Of a stretch of 64,000 nucleotides of DNA, positions 40,201-53,812 are shown piece by piece. The position numbers were made by a program, and so were the translations under genes. The notes under the pieces were generated by a model. It was not told where the DNA came from, made no database searches, and was given only the letters and a program-made list of their open reading frames with translations. Source of the stretch: Paraspadella gotoi (taxonomy: Eukaryota; Animalia; Chaetognatha); NCBI GenBank assembly GCA_051294375.1, contig CM119265.1, forward strand, positions 29,350,540-29,414,539, in the 5' to 3' direction. Each line of letters opens with the position of its first letter. The first letter of the stretch is position 1.

Positions 40201-43200
40201 GAATCTCTCTCTGGGGGGGGTCTCGTGGGCTTCTCTCTCTCTCTCTCTTTTTATCTCTCTCTCTCCTCACTCATTTTCTCCTTCGCAACTTTATCACAAC
40301 AGCTGTCACTATCATCACTATCATCACTATCATCATTATGTATACATACATCCATATATTTTCTCCTTAGTTCATCTAACTGTCCCTATGTCGATCCATG
40401 GAACCATCCATCAATCCATCCATCCTTTCTTTCAGCCAAATTCTGTAATTCTGCNNNNNNNNNNNNNNNNNNNNNNNNNNNNNNNNNNNNNNNNNNNNNN
40501 NNNNNNNNNNNNNNNNNNNNNNNNNNNNNNNNNNNNNNNNNNNNNNNNNNNNNNNNNNNNNNNNNNNNNNNNNNNNNNNNNNNNNNNNNNNNNNNNNNNN
40601 NNNNNNNNNNNNNNNNNNNNNNNNNNNNNNNNNNNNNNNNNNNNNNNNNNNNNNNNNNNNNNNNNNNNNNNNNNNNNNNNNNNNNNNNNNNNNNNNNNNN
40701 NNNNNNNNNNNNNNNNNNNNNNNNNNNNNNNNNNNNNNNNNNNNNNNNNNNNNNNNNNNNNNNNNNNNNNNNNNNNNNNNNNNNNNNNNNNNNNNNNNNN
40801 NNNNNNNNNNNNNNNNNNNNNNNNNNNNNNNNNNNNNNNNNNNNNNNNNNNNNNNNNNNNNNNNNNNNNNNNNNNNNNNNNNNNNNNNNNNNNNNNNNNN
40901 NNNNNNNNNNNNNNNNNNNNNNNNNNNNNNNNNNNNNNNNNNNNNNNNNNNNNNNNNNNNNNNNNNNNNNNNNNNNNNNNNNNNNNNNNNNNNNNNNNNN
41001 NNNNNNNNNNNNNNNNNNNNNNNNNNNNNNNNNNNNNNNNNNNNNNNNNNNNNNNNNNNNNNNNNNNNNNNNNNNNNNNNNNNNNNNNNNNNNNNNNNNN
41101 NNNNNNNNNNNNNNNNNNNNNNNNNNNNNNNNNNNNNNNNNNNNNNNNNNNNNNNNNNNNNNNNNNNNNNNNNNNNNNNNNNNNNNNNNNNNNNNNNNNN
41201 NNNNNNNNNNNNNNNNNNNNNNNNNNNNNNNNNNNNNNNNTCTCCCATCATTTTAATAAATTCAATATGTTCATCGCCCCAAATTATTTGTATTATATTT
41301 CTTATTATTCTTTTCTCTTTAAATCTGAGAAAAACTTGAAAAAATTAAGTGAAAAAAATATTTCGGTCTTACAATATCGTTAATCAATTGAAATGAAAAA
41401 AAGATAAAAAAGTGACAAGAAAGTGAAAACTTATCAACGTGATCAAATTTTCTACGGATTCATTTGGATCATCCACACAGGAATTTCCCTCACACACGGG
41501 ATTTCCGAATGTATCCTTCTTGGTGATTTCTGCTCAGCACAGCGAATATGTTTCTCCACAACAGTGTAATAGTGTGAGGCGATGTCTCTCATTGTTTTCC
41601 GGGTGTAATCTATCGCCTTCTTTCTTGCATTACTCCAATTGTATTTGATAGGCGTAGCGGCTAAAAGTTCCATTTCTGAATGATGATTACAGTTCGATCC
41701 CAGCAGACTGAACACCTGAACAGTCTGAAACATAAAGGAGCCAGCTCTCTAGCTGTTTTAAACGGTCTGTAGAAGGCGATTAACACCCCTCGAGACCGCT
41801 GCTCATGATCTCTTCTTCTCTCAAAATACTCACTTTATCCCGCAGCTGCGGATCAACTAAGGAGAAACTTGCCCGACGAAGAGCATTTACGCCCCCCATA
41901 ATTCGACATGTCCATTTGAGTTTTTTATAGAACTTGTTCTTGTATGTTGTTGTTGTTATTTTTACGACGCGAAAAATATTATCTTTTATCATTCATTCTT
42001 CAATTTTTCCTGTCATAAAGAACCACGAATAGTCGTATTAGCACAGAATGTCCTAAAACAAAGCGTTTTCTTTGGTTTTTAAAACAAAACAAGTAATTCT
42101 GTTTACCCTAGTAATTAACTTACCCGGATCCTGTGACTTCCCTTGCTTTGGAATATGCTCGTTATTGTGCTTCGTCACGCGAACCGTGTTTGAACTTTAA
42201 TCACGCTGAATATGCTTTTCTACTTAATCACAATGAATTCGATTTCTTATATAAATGTAAAATTTAAAACTAAAATCACTTTCATTGGAAATAGTAAGTA
42301 GAAATTAACATTTTAGTATATTATGAAGTAGCATAATTTTACTCAGGTATTAAATTTCTGTTTTAATCGGCGGTGATAAAATTTTGTTTGCTTCGTCTTG
42401 TTCCCTCGTGTGGGAAATATTAGTGTCTATTTATAACATACTCTTCTCTCTACTCTCTGCTCTCTCTTTTGATACTCAATCCTGTTCTCTGCCGTACTTC
42501 TACAAATACTTTGTCTTTCTCTGCCCTCTCTCTTCCCTCTCTCTTCCTCTCTCTCTCTCCCCTCTCTCTCGCGTCTCCTTTTCTCTCTGCATCTCTTAAT
42601 ATATTTATAATCATTTATGTTCCATGAATGTTAATTCAGATATGTTTATTTCTAGTATGTTCTTGTCTATATTTATTTTGAAATATCTAGAAATTTGGTT
42701 ACTAGTATTTTTCGTAGAGGCTAACAGTGTTAGGGAAGTTAAACCTAACGGACAATTAATTAAGTCCTTATCTGTTTTAAAATAACAAACTAGATTAAAA
42801 AAATAAAGAAAAACAATGCGTGATAAAAAAGACATAGTAAAAATAAGTATACGTCTTAAACTCAGTGAGAGAAAGTTTGTGGCCTCATCTTTGATGAATT
42901 TCCTAGTGGGAGACGCCAGGAAATAGCCCAACCTGAGTCGAGATTAGCCACTTACTCTCGTCTCTCTCTCTCGTTTCTTTCTGGTGTATATTCTCTCAAG
43001 CGTTTTATACTTCATCTTGAGTCGTCATCCGTACGAAATCAAAGTCTCTCCTCTATCACATCAATCTCTCCTCAATCGATGATTTTTTTTTATATTGCAT
43101 GCGCATACAGTGAGACGGATTAGAAAGAAATGTATATTACACTGAGAATTTATATGAGGTTGCACAGGAAGAGAGAAGAAAGAGAGGAAGAAGGAAAAGA

Positions 43201-45754
43201 GAGAAAAGGAAAGAAAATATAAGAGTAAAGAATAAGTAAATATAGGTATATATAAAAGATAGGGTATTGAGAAGAAAAAGTAAATAGAAAGAAGAGAAGA
43301 TAGGTAAGAATATAATAAGAGAAACAGGTATAGAAGGGAGAAAAGAAAAAGAATAATAAATAATGAGATAGAGAAGAGTAGAAGATTAGGAAGTAAAAAG
43401 GAAACTGCTACGGTCATGACGGGAGGAAAGAAAAGAAAAATAAAAGAGATAAGCTATTAGACGAAACAGAAGGAAAAAAATAAGAGGGAAGAAATGGATA
43501 AAAAGAACGGAGGAAAGAAGAAAAAAAGAGGAAAAAGAGAGAGAGAGAAAAAGATGAAGAGCAAGGAAAGAAAATGAAAAAGGGAGGAGGGAGAAAAAAA
43601 AATGAAGGGAGGAAAGAAAAGGACCAAAGAGAGGAAAAAAGAAAAAAGAAGGAAGGAGGAAGAAAAGAGAAGTGAGGAAAGAAGGAGAAAGAAAAGGAGA
43701 AAGGGAGGAACCAAAGGATAAAAGGAAGAAAGAATATAGTAGTAAAAGGACAGAGTCAGGGAATACGCGAGAAGGGAGGAAACAAGAGAAAGTAAAAGGA
43801 AGGAAGATAAGATAGGAATTGGAGTGTAGGAAAGAAAAGGAGGAAAGGAAGAAGAAAAGTGGAGAAAGAAAGGATTAGGGAGTAGGAAAAGACAAGAAAA
43901 AGAGGAAGAACAGAGGAAGGGAGAGATAATTATATATATAGAGGTAATTATATAAGAAAAGAGGATATATGGTTCTGTAGAAATATAGAAGAAATAAAGG
44001 AAATAAAGAGATAAAGGAGGAAGTAACAAGAGGATAAGCAAGAAAAGGGATGAAAAGGGAGGAAGGTGAGATAAAGAGAAGAAGGCAGCGAAAGAAAGGA
44101 GAAAGGGAGAAAAGAAAAGGAGAAAGACAGGAATAAAAATGAGGAAGGGAGGGAGAAACGCGCAGGAAGGAGAAAAAAGAGAAAAGGTGTATGGTAGAAA
44201 AAGAAGCAGAGACAGAATAAATATGTGGTAATTGATCTCGTTTTTGTACAGTGTGGGGGAGAGAGAGGAGAAAAGAAAAGGATGTTAGGGATAGGAGAAA
44301 ATGAGGATAGCGTTTGGAGTCGGACTCTCTATGTTTTTAAAACATTATCCCCAAGTGTCCGTTTTTGTATGAGACGGAAAAGGCGTTGAAACCTTTGTCA
44401 AAGATCGAGTAGACGAGAGAAGAGAGAGGAGAGAGAGAGAGAGAGAGAGATAGACGATAGAGAGAGAGAGAGTGAGCAAGAAGAAAGAAGATAGGAGGAG
44501 AGAGAGAGAGAAGAATGGTTTAGGGAGAAGGACAAATGGAAGAAGAAGTAAAGAAAAAAGAAAAAGAGGAGAAGGAAAAAGAGGAGAAAAGGAAAAAAAG
44601 TTTAAAAAAGTTATTGGTTGATGATTTAAGTTAAAAAATAAGTAGGAGCGGATTAGTTTAAATCCTTATGTTTTTTTGCTTAAAGAACACAGTAAAACTG
44701 CCGGACTAAATAGTCTAAAATGGTACTGGCACTGCAAGGGCTTGATATTTCCACCGAAGCGCAATCGACCGCAACTTATGCACAGCAGTCTATCGTACAC
44801 AGCGTATCGTGTGAGGACGGCAGACAATGTAGCCTGTAATTTTTGCTTTTGTGGAATTGTTTGTTGGTAGTTGTGAGTTGTTTGTTGTTGGTGGTTGCTG
44901 TGTTTGCTGTTCTTAGAGTCAAGCCGAAAGTAAGGAATAGAGAGGAAAACAGGGCTTGACTTATCAGGAAGAGAGAGGAAGAGAAAAAGGAGGGAGGAGG
45001 AAAGGAAGGAGGAAGGGAGGAGGACTGCAAAAAGGTGGAAGAATAAGGGAGGAAGAGAAAGAGGAGGAGGAGGAGTGGGAGAAGGAAGAGGAGGGTGAGG
45101 AAAGCAGGAGAAAGCAGGATGAAAGAGGAGGAGGAAAGAAGGACCGAGGAAATTCTTTCCCACTGGAAATGAAGGGTCAATTTTCCGGAGGCCTAACAAA
45201 ACTGAAAAAAAACAGGACAGGAAGTCTGACTCTCTCTCACTCTCTCGTCTGTCATCTCTCTCTCTCTTCTCTCTTTCTTCATATGCTTTTCTTTCTCTCT
45301 CTCTCTCTCTCTCTATGCCTCTCTCTCTCTCTCTCCTCTGTCTTCTCTCTCTCTCTCTCCTCTCTCTCCTCTCTCTCTCCTCTCACTTAACAAAAAACAA
45401 AAACAGCTTTGTTTTTGAATGTCACTTCCCTAATCTTTTTTTCTCTCACCGAGACGAAAGTCGAATTGGGTTCGTGTTTTGAGATTTGAAAGCCATTGTT
45501 TTTTTTGGCGACTGGCAGCGCCGCTCCGTCGACGTCCGCGGATTTTCGGGAAACGGCGAACAAAGTAGCAACGTCGATTTCATGAGAAATTCTTAGTCGC
45601 GCCTCGGAATTTCCCATTAATCGTCGACTGCAGAAAAGAAGAAGAATTAAATAAGGATAAAAATAAGATAATTTTAGTACATTAATATTGAACACAAATA
45701 ATATTTATTTGGTTTTTTGGAAAATGGTTTTTTTTCCCCGTACTTAACGTAAAA

Positions 45755-45806
<52 letters not shown>

Positions 45807-45822
45807 GAAAGAGAGAGAAGAA

Positions 45823-45858
<36 letters not shown>

Positions 45859-46334
45859 AAATAGACCCGATAGGAGAATAGTGAGAGAAGGCATCAGGGA
45901 TTGAACCGCTACAGATGTCAACTAAAAAAAAAATTGTTTTCTCGCCAAGGAGAAACTATTCCAAGCAAAATCATAATATCATTTTATCAATGAAAATTTG
46001 GCAAAATTACTTGTTTCAACTGATTTTTACTTTTATATTTTATAATATTAATACTATTTTTAAACTACAGTACAAGCTCATGTGCCTATGATTTCTGCAA
46101 ATAACTGCAATTTATCTACTTTCCTAAGACAAAAATGGTTCACAACTCTTCTCTCTCTTCTCTCCGTCTCTCTTTCTCTTTCTCCTCTCTCTCTTCCCTC
46201 TTTCTCTCCCTCTTTTCTTTGCTCAATTTCCAAAAGAATAGTTTTCCATTTTTAAAGTTTTGGGACAAACATTGGCGATTAGGGAGGGCGAGACTCGCCC
46301 TCCCCGCAAACCCTGTGAACAGACCTTTTTAATT

Positions 46335-46379
<45 letters not shown>

Positions 46380-47510
46380 AGAGAGAGAGGAGAGAAATAA
46401 CAAAAATATTTATATATTTCGTTTTAAATCTGATTAAATCGTAATTTAATATATATGGTTAATTATAATGATTTTATTTTCCGGCTTTTTTTCCTTATTT
46501 TATAGTGCATGAACTGAATAACCTAAGTTGTAGTTCATTCAATAGCGATGTCGCCGGGGCGGATTCACGCAAGTTTGCACGGTGTGGTTTAGGTTGGTTG
46601 CTCTGGGAAATATCGTCTGGGACTGTTCGCGGCTCATTGACTAACGTTTTTAAAATCACTTTTGTCTAGCTTTAGAAAAGATATCGCCAGGGACTTTTGG
46701 CTATGTCGCCGAAGTCGCCCCCATCTGGGCGACTCGTGCTACACGTTGTATTTAAATTATTAGACCGATTATGTAGAATGAAAAGCTCGATGTCTAACGA
46801 GGCGCACTGAGCATCACCGTGAGTTGCAGGCCGTTCTCTTCTTCTATAACCTAAAAATCATTCGTCTACTATAACCAACCTCCCGTCAACCTGGCTCTCC
46901 TAACCTTCTTATACTTCACGCGATTGACGGATAAGGGCATCAAATCGCTTATCTATCTCCTCGATTGTCATTTCAACCCTTAAACAGTTTAACGTGCCAC
47001 TTTGATAGCTATTCATATCGACCGGAGGCCCGAGAAACACCAAATCCCGTTTCTCTAGAGAGCGCTCTGTTAAATTCTCACAAGCATTCCGTTCAACCTC
47101 TGTGCCTGCTCCCCAACCGCTAACCCAGGCTCAGCTTCCCGTAGCATCTCCGTGCCTCAACCCTAACCCTAAAACCGCCTTCGATGCATCAACCATGGGG
47201 CCGCCTCCCCCAACCCTATTTATCTATTGAGAACGCTGCATAGAAGAACTAAAGAGGCCTCTCACCAGTTAAAAAACCTTACAACAGCATGCTCCAGCTA
47301 AAACCTAAGCGAGAGCCAAGCGGACCGCGAAGCTAACAATCTTCCGAAGCCTCAACACAACTAACCTCACTAAGACCGAGGGCCGTTCGATGCATCAACA
47401 CAGGAAGGTGTCCTGCCCTTTGGTTATGCTTCCTTAATCGAAAAAACACCGCCTTCCGTTCAAACTTCCTATTATAGAATTTCTTAATAATGTCTTTACC
47501 AATTTTACCA

Positions 47511-49048
47511 CTCGATGATGTATTGCAGTAAAATAAGTATTCTTTTTGAAAAGTTTTCCGGTGTTTTAGAAAATTTTTAATCTCTTTTTTTAAAGCATTG
47601 GACAAAAGCGTTTTTTCTTTGTTTTTAAAAAGTTGTAATCTCTGGAAAATATGTCTGCCGGTGTATTTAAAGTTTTTTTCACTTTTTTACTATTAGAAAC
47701 AGTCGTTATCCGTGATGTTTTTTTAACATTCTTTTTACATTGGAAAATATCGTTTGCCGCCGGAATTTTTTTTAACGTTTTTATTTTTTTTAACATTGGA
47801 AAATAATCGTTTTGTTATTTATAGTTAAAGTTTTCGCCCCATGGACTCTTTTTTAACAGAGAAAAAAGTCGTTTTTCTGGTATAATTACCGTTTTATTAT
47901 TTGAGAGTGAGAGAAAGTCTACATATTAAAGAGAAAAGAGAAGAGAGACAGGAGACATAAAATAAGAGAGAAAATTTGTTTGTTTTGGATAAAAGATAAT
48001 TTAATACTGTCCTCACCCAATTTTAAACTAACCTCGATGATGTTATTTTGCAGAAAGTATCCACGTTTTATTTCTTTTTTCTTTGAAATATCGTTTTCAC
48101 CGGTGTTTTAGAATTTTTTATCTCTTTTTACAATTGGAAAAAGCGTTTTCTTTTTTTTAAAGTTGTTCTCTTGGGAAATATCGTCTGCCGGTGTATTTTA
48201 ACGTTTATCACTTTTTACTTTAGAAAAGTCGTTATTCGGTGTTTTTTAACTCTTTTTACAATTGGAAAAATCGTTTGCCGTTTTAAAGTTTTTTATTTCT
48301 TTTTACATTGGAAAAAATCGTTTTCTGTTATTTTTTAAAGTTTTCATTACCTTTTAGCAGAAGAAAAAAGTCGTTTTTCTGGGTGTATTTTAACGTTTAT
48401 ATCTATTGAGAGTGAGAGAAAGCTATCATAAATTTAAAAGAGAAAGAGAGAGAGAGGAGACATAAAACTAAAGAGAGGAAATTTTGTTTTGTTTTTGATA
48501 AAAGATATTTAATAACTGTCTCACCTAATTTAAACCTCGATGATGTTATTTGCAGAAGTATTTAACGTTTTTATTTCTTTTTCTTTGAAAATGCGTTTCG
48601 CGGTGTTTTAGAAAATTTTTTATTTTTTTTACATTGGAAAAGCCGTTTTTCTTTGTTTTTAAAAGTTGTTGATCTGCCCCGCTCTTCTTTGGAATAGTCG
48701 GTCTGCCGGTGTATTAACGTTTTTTATCACTTCACTTTAGAAAGTCGTTTATCCGGTGTTTTTAACTCTTTTTTACATTGGAAAATTGTTTGCCGGTTTT
48801 TTTAAAGTTTTATTGTCTTTTTACATTGGAAAATCGTTTTCTGTTATTTTTAAAGTTTTCCATTATCTTTTTAACATGAGAAAGTCGTTTTCTGGTGTAA
48901 TTAACGTTTTTATCTATTGAGAGTGAGAGAAAGCTACAATAAAATTAAAGAGAGAAAAGAGAAAGAGAAAGGAGGACATGAAAAATTAAAAGACAGAAAT
49001 TTGTTTTTGTTTTGATAACGTATTAAAATGATATTTAATAACTGTCCT
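47511..49048. repeat. three tandem ~510-bp AT-rich units with internal ~50-bp subrepeats (ttttacattggaaaaatcgttt...)
   Basis: Unit starts ctcgatgatg at 47511, 48033 and 48536; a fragment recurs at 50310-50460. Copies differ mainly by indels. Confidence 0.8.
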
Positions 49049-50499
49049 CTCCGTTAACATCTCCGTACTGCAACCCTAACACTATTCCATTCGATATTAA
49101 CCACGGGCCCTCCATCTCCCCACCCTAACCCTAAAAAACCGGGCAGGCCTCCGTTACATCTCCGTACCTCACCGCTAACCCTAATTGCCTTCGATATATA
49201 CCGCAACGGGCCTCTCTCCAACCCTAACGCCTAAACCGGGCCCAAGGCCTCCCGTAACACTCGTGGCCGTCAACCTAACCTAACGCGGGCCTCTTGGTCA
49301 TAACAACAACCGCTCCTACCCCCTATCCCAAATTGACATTAATAATAAGCTTAAAATAAAACTTAACTTAACTCACCTAACCCTAACCCTAAACTACTGG
49401 TCAACCTAACAACCAACACCTAACGCCTGAACTACTACCTACTCAACGCCTAACCCTAACCACTATCAACCCTAAACCCACTAATCTGAGTTTATTTAAG
49501 GTCGAAATTGGCCATAATAGAACGCTAGATGGGTAGTTCACAAAGCTAACGCCAAAGTGGCGAGGGCTCAATGGCTAAGTCGCGATTTGGCGATTTCGCA
49601 CTGACTACATCTAGCGGTTCTATGTTTAAATTGGAGGCGGAAAAAAAAAACACTTATTTTCCGTCTAAAATAAACCCTCAGATTAAGGGTTTAAAGGCTT
49701 AAGGAGGTTGATGTTTGGAATGGGAGATTGGTTGAGTAGTAGTTATGTAGTTAGGGTGCACGCGGTAGAGTAAATGTATAGGGGTTAGGTAGCTGTTGTA
49801 GTTAGTTTATGTGGAGTTGGGTCTTTGTTTTTCATGTTTATATATGTGATAATAATTTAAGGTCTGATTATTATTAAATATGTCAACTCTTTACGCGAGT
49901 AGGGATGTTGATGGTAGTGTTGTTGAGAACGCAAGAGACGAAAATGTCGTTAGGTGTTAGGGTTTGAGTTGAATCTCGGTCAGATGTAGTCGGGAGGCCT
50001 GGGCGCGGTTTTATCTAATGTTTGTAGGAGATTGAGGAGAGGAAGAGGTCCTCTCGTGTGTTACTTTATGTATTCGAAGGCTAATTTAGGGTTAGGGTTG
50101 AGGTAAAAGGAGATGTACGGAGGGGTGTGCCGGTGGCGGTTTAAGGGTTAGGGGAGAGGCATGGATTGAACGGAGGCTTTGTTTAGAGGGTTGTTAGGGA
50201 GGTAATATCCGTGCTCGCGGGGTGAGGTATTTGAGATGCTCTTTTAACTATGGTTAGATGCATCGAAAGGCGGTTAGGGTTATGTAGCTGGTGGAAGGGC
50301 ACTGAAGGTCCGTTTATCGGTGGTTTTTTAACTCTTTTTATCAATTGAAAATCGTTTGAGGTTTTTTTAAAAGTTTTTATTTCTTTTTACATTGGAAAAA
50401 TAGTTTTCTGTTATTTTTAAAGTTTTCATATCTTTTACAGAGAAAAAGGTCGTTTTTGGAGATTGTACTGTGTAAGAGAAGCTCCGGTCCTGTGGTTAT

Positions 50500-50980
50500 C
50501 TCGGGTTAGGGGAGAGGCATGGAGTTGAAGCGGGAGGCTTGGTTTAGGGTTAGGGTTTGCGGGAGGGACCCATGGTTGATGCATCGAAGGCGGTTAGGGT
50601 TAGGGTTGAGGGCACGGAAGATGTACGGGAGGCTGGGCCTGGGTTAGGGTTGGGGAGAGGCATGGAGTTGAACGGGTAGGCTTAGTTAGGGTTAGGGTTG
50701 GGGGAGGGGCCCGTGTTGATACATCGAAGGGCGGTTAGGCTTAGGGTTGAGGCACGGGAAGATGTACGGGAGGCTGAGCCGGGGTTAGGGTTAGGGGAGA
50801 GCACAGAGTTGAACGGAAGGCTTGGTTTAGGGTTAGGGTTGGGGGGGGGCCGGTGGTTTGATGCATCAAAGGCGGTTAGGGTTAGGGTTGAGGCATGGAG
50901 ATGTACGGGAGGCGCCAGGCCCGGTTAGGGTTAGGGGAGAGGCACAGAGTTGAACGGGAGGTTTGGTTTAGGGTTAGGTG
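50500..50980 (+). repeat. ~140-bp satellite containing three (TTAGGG)2-like blocks per unit
   Basis: catcgaaggcggttagggttaggg recurs at ~50581, 50721 and 50863; complementary-strand versions at 47090-47210, 49050-49300 and 54450-55210. Confidence 0.85.
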
Positions 50981-51550
50981 GTGGGAGAGGAAGCCCTGAA
51001 GGTGATGCTCATCCCCGTTGTTAGCTGCGCTTTTCATTTATATTCGCGGCTACTTTTTATCACTGGCGAGCTGTCGCCAGTGGGGGGGAGCTGGCGACAT
51101 CGCGCAAAGCCCTGGCGATATCGCCATGGCGAAGTCGCCAACCAACTAGAACCTTTATTATTTTCTACCGTCGATGACCGAATTTTTAAACCAACCGCGA
51201 CTCTGATATCGATTAACATCAAGAATCCATCTAAAAGAGGAGACCAGAGAGATGAGAGAGAGAAAAAGAGAGAGAGAGAGAAGGAGTAGAGATAACAAAT
51301 TTAAGAAAATTAATATATATGGCTTTAAAAATAAAATTATTTATATAGTTCGTTTTATATCTGATTATTACTATGGGACGGCAATTTTATAATATTATGT
51401 GTAATTATATTATTTATTTTCCCTTTTTTTCCTTATTTTATATGTGCATGACTGATAACGTTTATTTTTTTACCTCGATGACCGAATTTTTAGAACCAAC
51501 ACGCGACTTCTGATATCGATGGAACTCAAGAATCCATTAAATAGAGAGAG

Positions 51551-51594
<44 letters not shown>

Positions 51595-52350
51595 TCTGTA
51601 TGAATGAAATTTGGGCAAAAGAGCTGGTTAACAACCAAGAGGAGGGAGAGAGAGAACAAATAAAAAAGAGCGGAAAAAAGGAAAGATAGGTAAAAGAAAG
51701 ATAAAAGGTAATGAAGACAATAGAAAGAAAGAAAGAGAAAAGAAATATATTTTAATTGAAAGAGAAGTGGTGGAGAGGTACAAAGGAGTCAAAGTGGCTG
51801 ACCAACTTGTAAACCGCGCTAATTTTTCATTTATGAGGCTGTAAAGTTGTAGGCACTTTTAATTGGGTTCATAATATGCGGTCATTGTGATGATCCTCAT
51901 GTAAAAAGCGAGATGATAATTAGCTGGTTTAGTTTTGGTTCTACTTGGGACCTGGTAATTTACTAAGTAAAAAGTCTTTTCAAAATGAAAAAAAAGTTGG
52001 CTAAGTTTAGGATTTTTTTAGGAAATGAAATCATTTAATGATCATAATATTTGGTGCCTTAATTTTGTCAGGTTAGGGTTGGTTAAGGTCTCCTTACCGG
52101 TTTTACAAGATAAGCTTTCAATGACTAATGATTACTAATAGTTGTAGTTTGAGATAATCACATCTTATTTATACATGAAGATGATTGGGGGAGAGATTGG
52201 GAGGAGAGATGGGAGGGGGAGAGAGGAGAGAAGGAGGAAGGAGAAGAGAGGGAGAAGAAGAGGAGAGAGGGGGAAAAGAGGGGAGCAAGGGTAGGCTTAA
52301 GAGAAACTCCGATCAACTGAAAACTTGTTGGGAATCTTTAAAGAGATTCA

Positions 52351-52406
<56 letters not shown>

Positions 52407-53029
52407 CAACTATGGGGAAGAAAAAGGGATAGTGGAGCCNNNNNNNNNNNNNNNNNNNNNNNNNCTGTTGGCGAGATCCTTTTTAAAAGAGATTCATGGG
52501 GAAGAGAGAGAGAGAGAGGGAGAGAGAGAGAAGAGAGAGGAGAGGAGAGGAGGAGAAGACAACTATGGGGAAGAAAAAGGGATAGTGGAGCCGATTTTAA
52601 GAGAGAAAGAATAATAAGAAATATAATACAATAATTTGGGGCGCAGTTGAACATATTGCATTTTATTAAATTGATGGTAGGAGAAGAAAATCGAGTGGGA
52701 AGAGGAAGAAGGAAGGCGAGAGAGTGAAGCAGGGAGGAGGAGCGTGAAGAGGGAGGAGGACGTGTACTAACGAAGGGAGGAGGAGGTGAACGAGGGAGGA
52801 GTGAGGTGAAGACACCCTGGCGAGTGACGAGAAAGGAGGTTGAAGAGGGCAGGAAATGGTGCACATGACGGGTGAGGAGGATGAGTGAATAGACGGAGGA
52901 TGAACGATAGGGGCAAAGACGGCGGAGAAAATTAAGGAGAGGAGGGGAAAGTGAGAGCATAGAGATGAGGAAAGAGAGCGGCGGATATAGAGAGAGATGG
53001 AGGAGGGAGAGCAGTCTCTCTCTTTTTTT

Positions 53030-53753
53030 CAGTTGATCGAGTTTTCTCTTAAGCCTCCCTTGTTCCCCTCTTTCCCCCTCTCTCCTCTTCTTCTCCCTCT
53101 CTCTCCTTCCTCCTCTCTCCCTCTCTCCCCCTCCCTCCCTCCCTCCCAATCTCTCCCCAATCACTCTTCATGTATAATAAGATGTGATTATCTCAAACTA
53201 CAACTATTAGTAATCATTAGTCATTGAAAGCTTATCTTGTAAAAGGTAAGGAGACCTTAACCAACCCTAACCTGACAAAATTAAGGCACTAAATATTATG
53301 ATCATTAAATGATTTCATTCCTAAAAAAATCCTAAACTTAGCCAACTTTTTTTCATTTTTGAAAAGACTTTTTTTACTTAGTAAATTACCGGTCCCAAGT
53401 AGAACCAAAATTAAACCAGCTAATTATCCATCTCGCTTTTTTACATGAGGATCATCACAATGACCGCATATTAATGACCCAATTAAAAGTCCTACAACTT
53501 TACAGCCTCATAAATGAAAAATTAGGCGGTTTACAAGTGGGTCAGCCACTTTGACTCCTTTTGTACCTCTCCACACTTCTTTTTCAATTAAATATATTTT
53601 TCTTTTCTTTTTTTCTTTCTATTGTCTTCATTACATTTTATCTTTCTTTTACCTATCTTTCCTTTTTTCCTCTCTTTTTTATTTGTTCTCTCTCTCCCTC
53701 TTCTTGGTTGTTAACCAGCCCTTTTGCCAAATTTTCATTCATAGCAGACTCTT

Positions 53754-53812
<59 letters not shown>

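Larger units (their letters stand above)
46523..51149. mobile_element. foldback-like palindromic element with TTAGGG-containing satellite arms
   Basis: Termini ctaagttg (noisy) ...gtcgccaaccaactag, each flanked by aac. CCCTAA-strand satellite on the left, TTAGGG-strand on the right, hairpin centre at 49482-49688. Empty site gtgcatgactgataac(c)tttatt at 51444-51466. Confidence 0.55.

Noticed and set aside
41452-41992. Minus-strand ORFs with a gtgagt donor at 41833
   Set aside because: No recognisable motif, no consistent acceptor or phase partner, and the region follows a gap; insufficient support.
49050-50980. True telomere or head-to-head telomere fusion site
   Set aside because: TTAGGG occurs only as dimers inside a 140-bp unit, and the polarity (CCCTAA left, TTAGGG right) is opposite to an end-to-end fusion.
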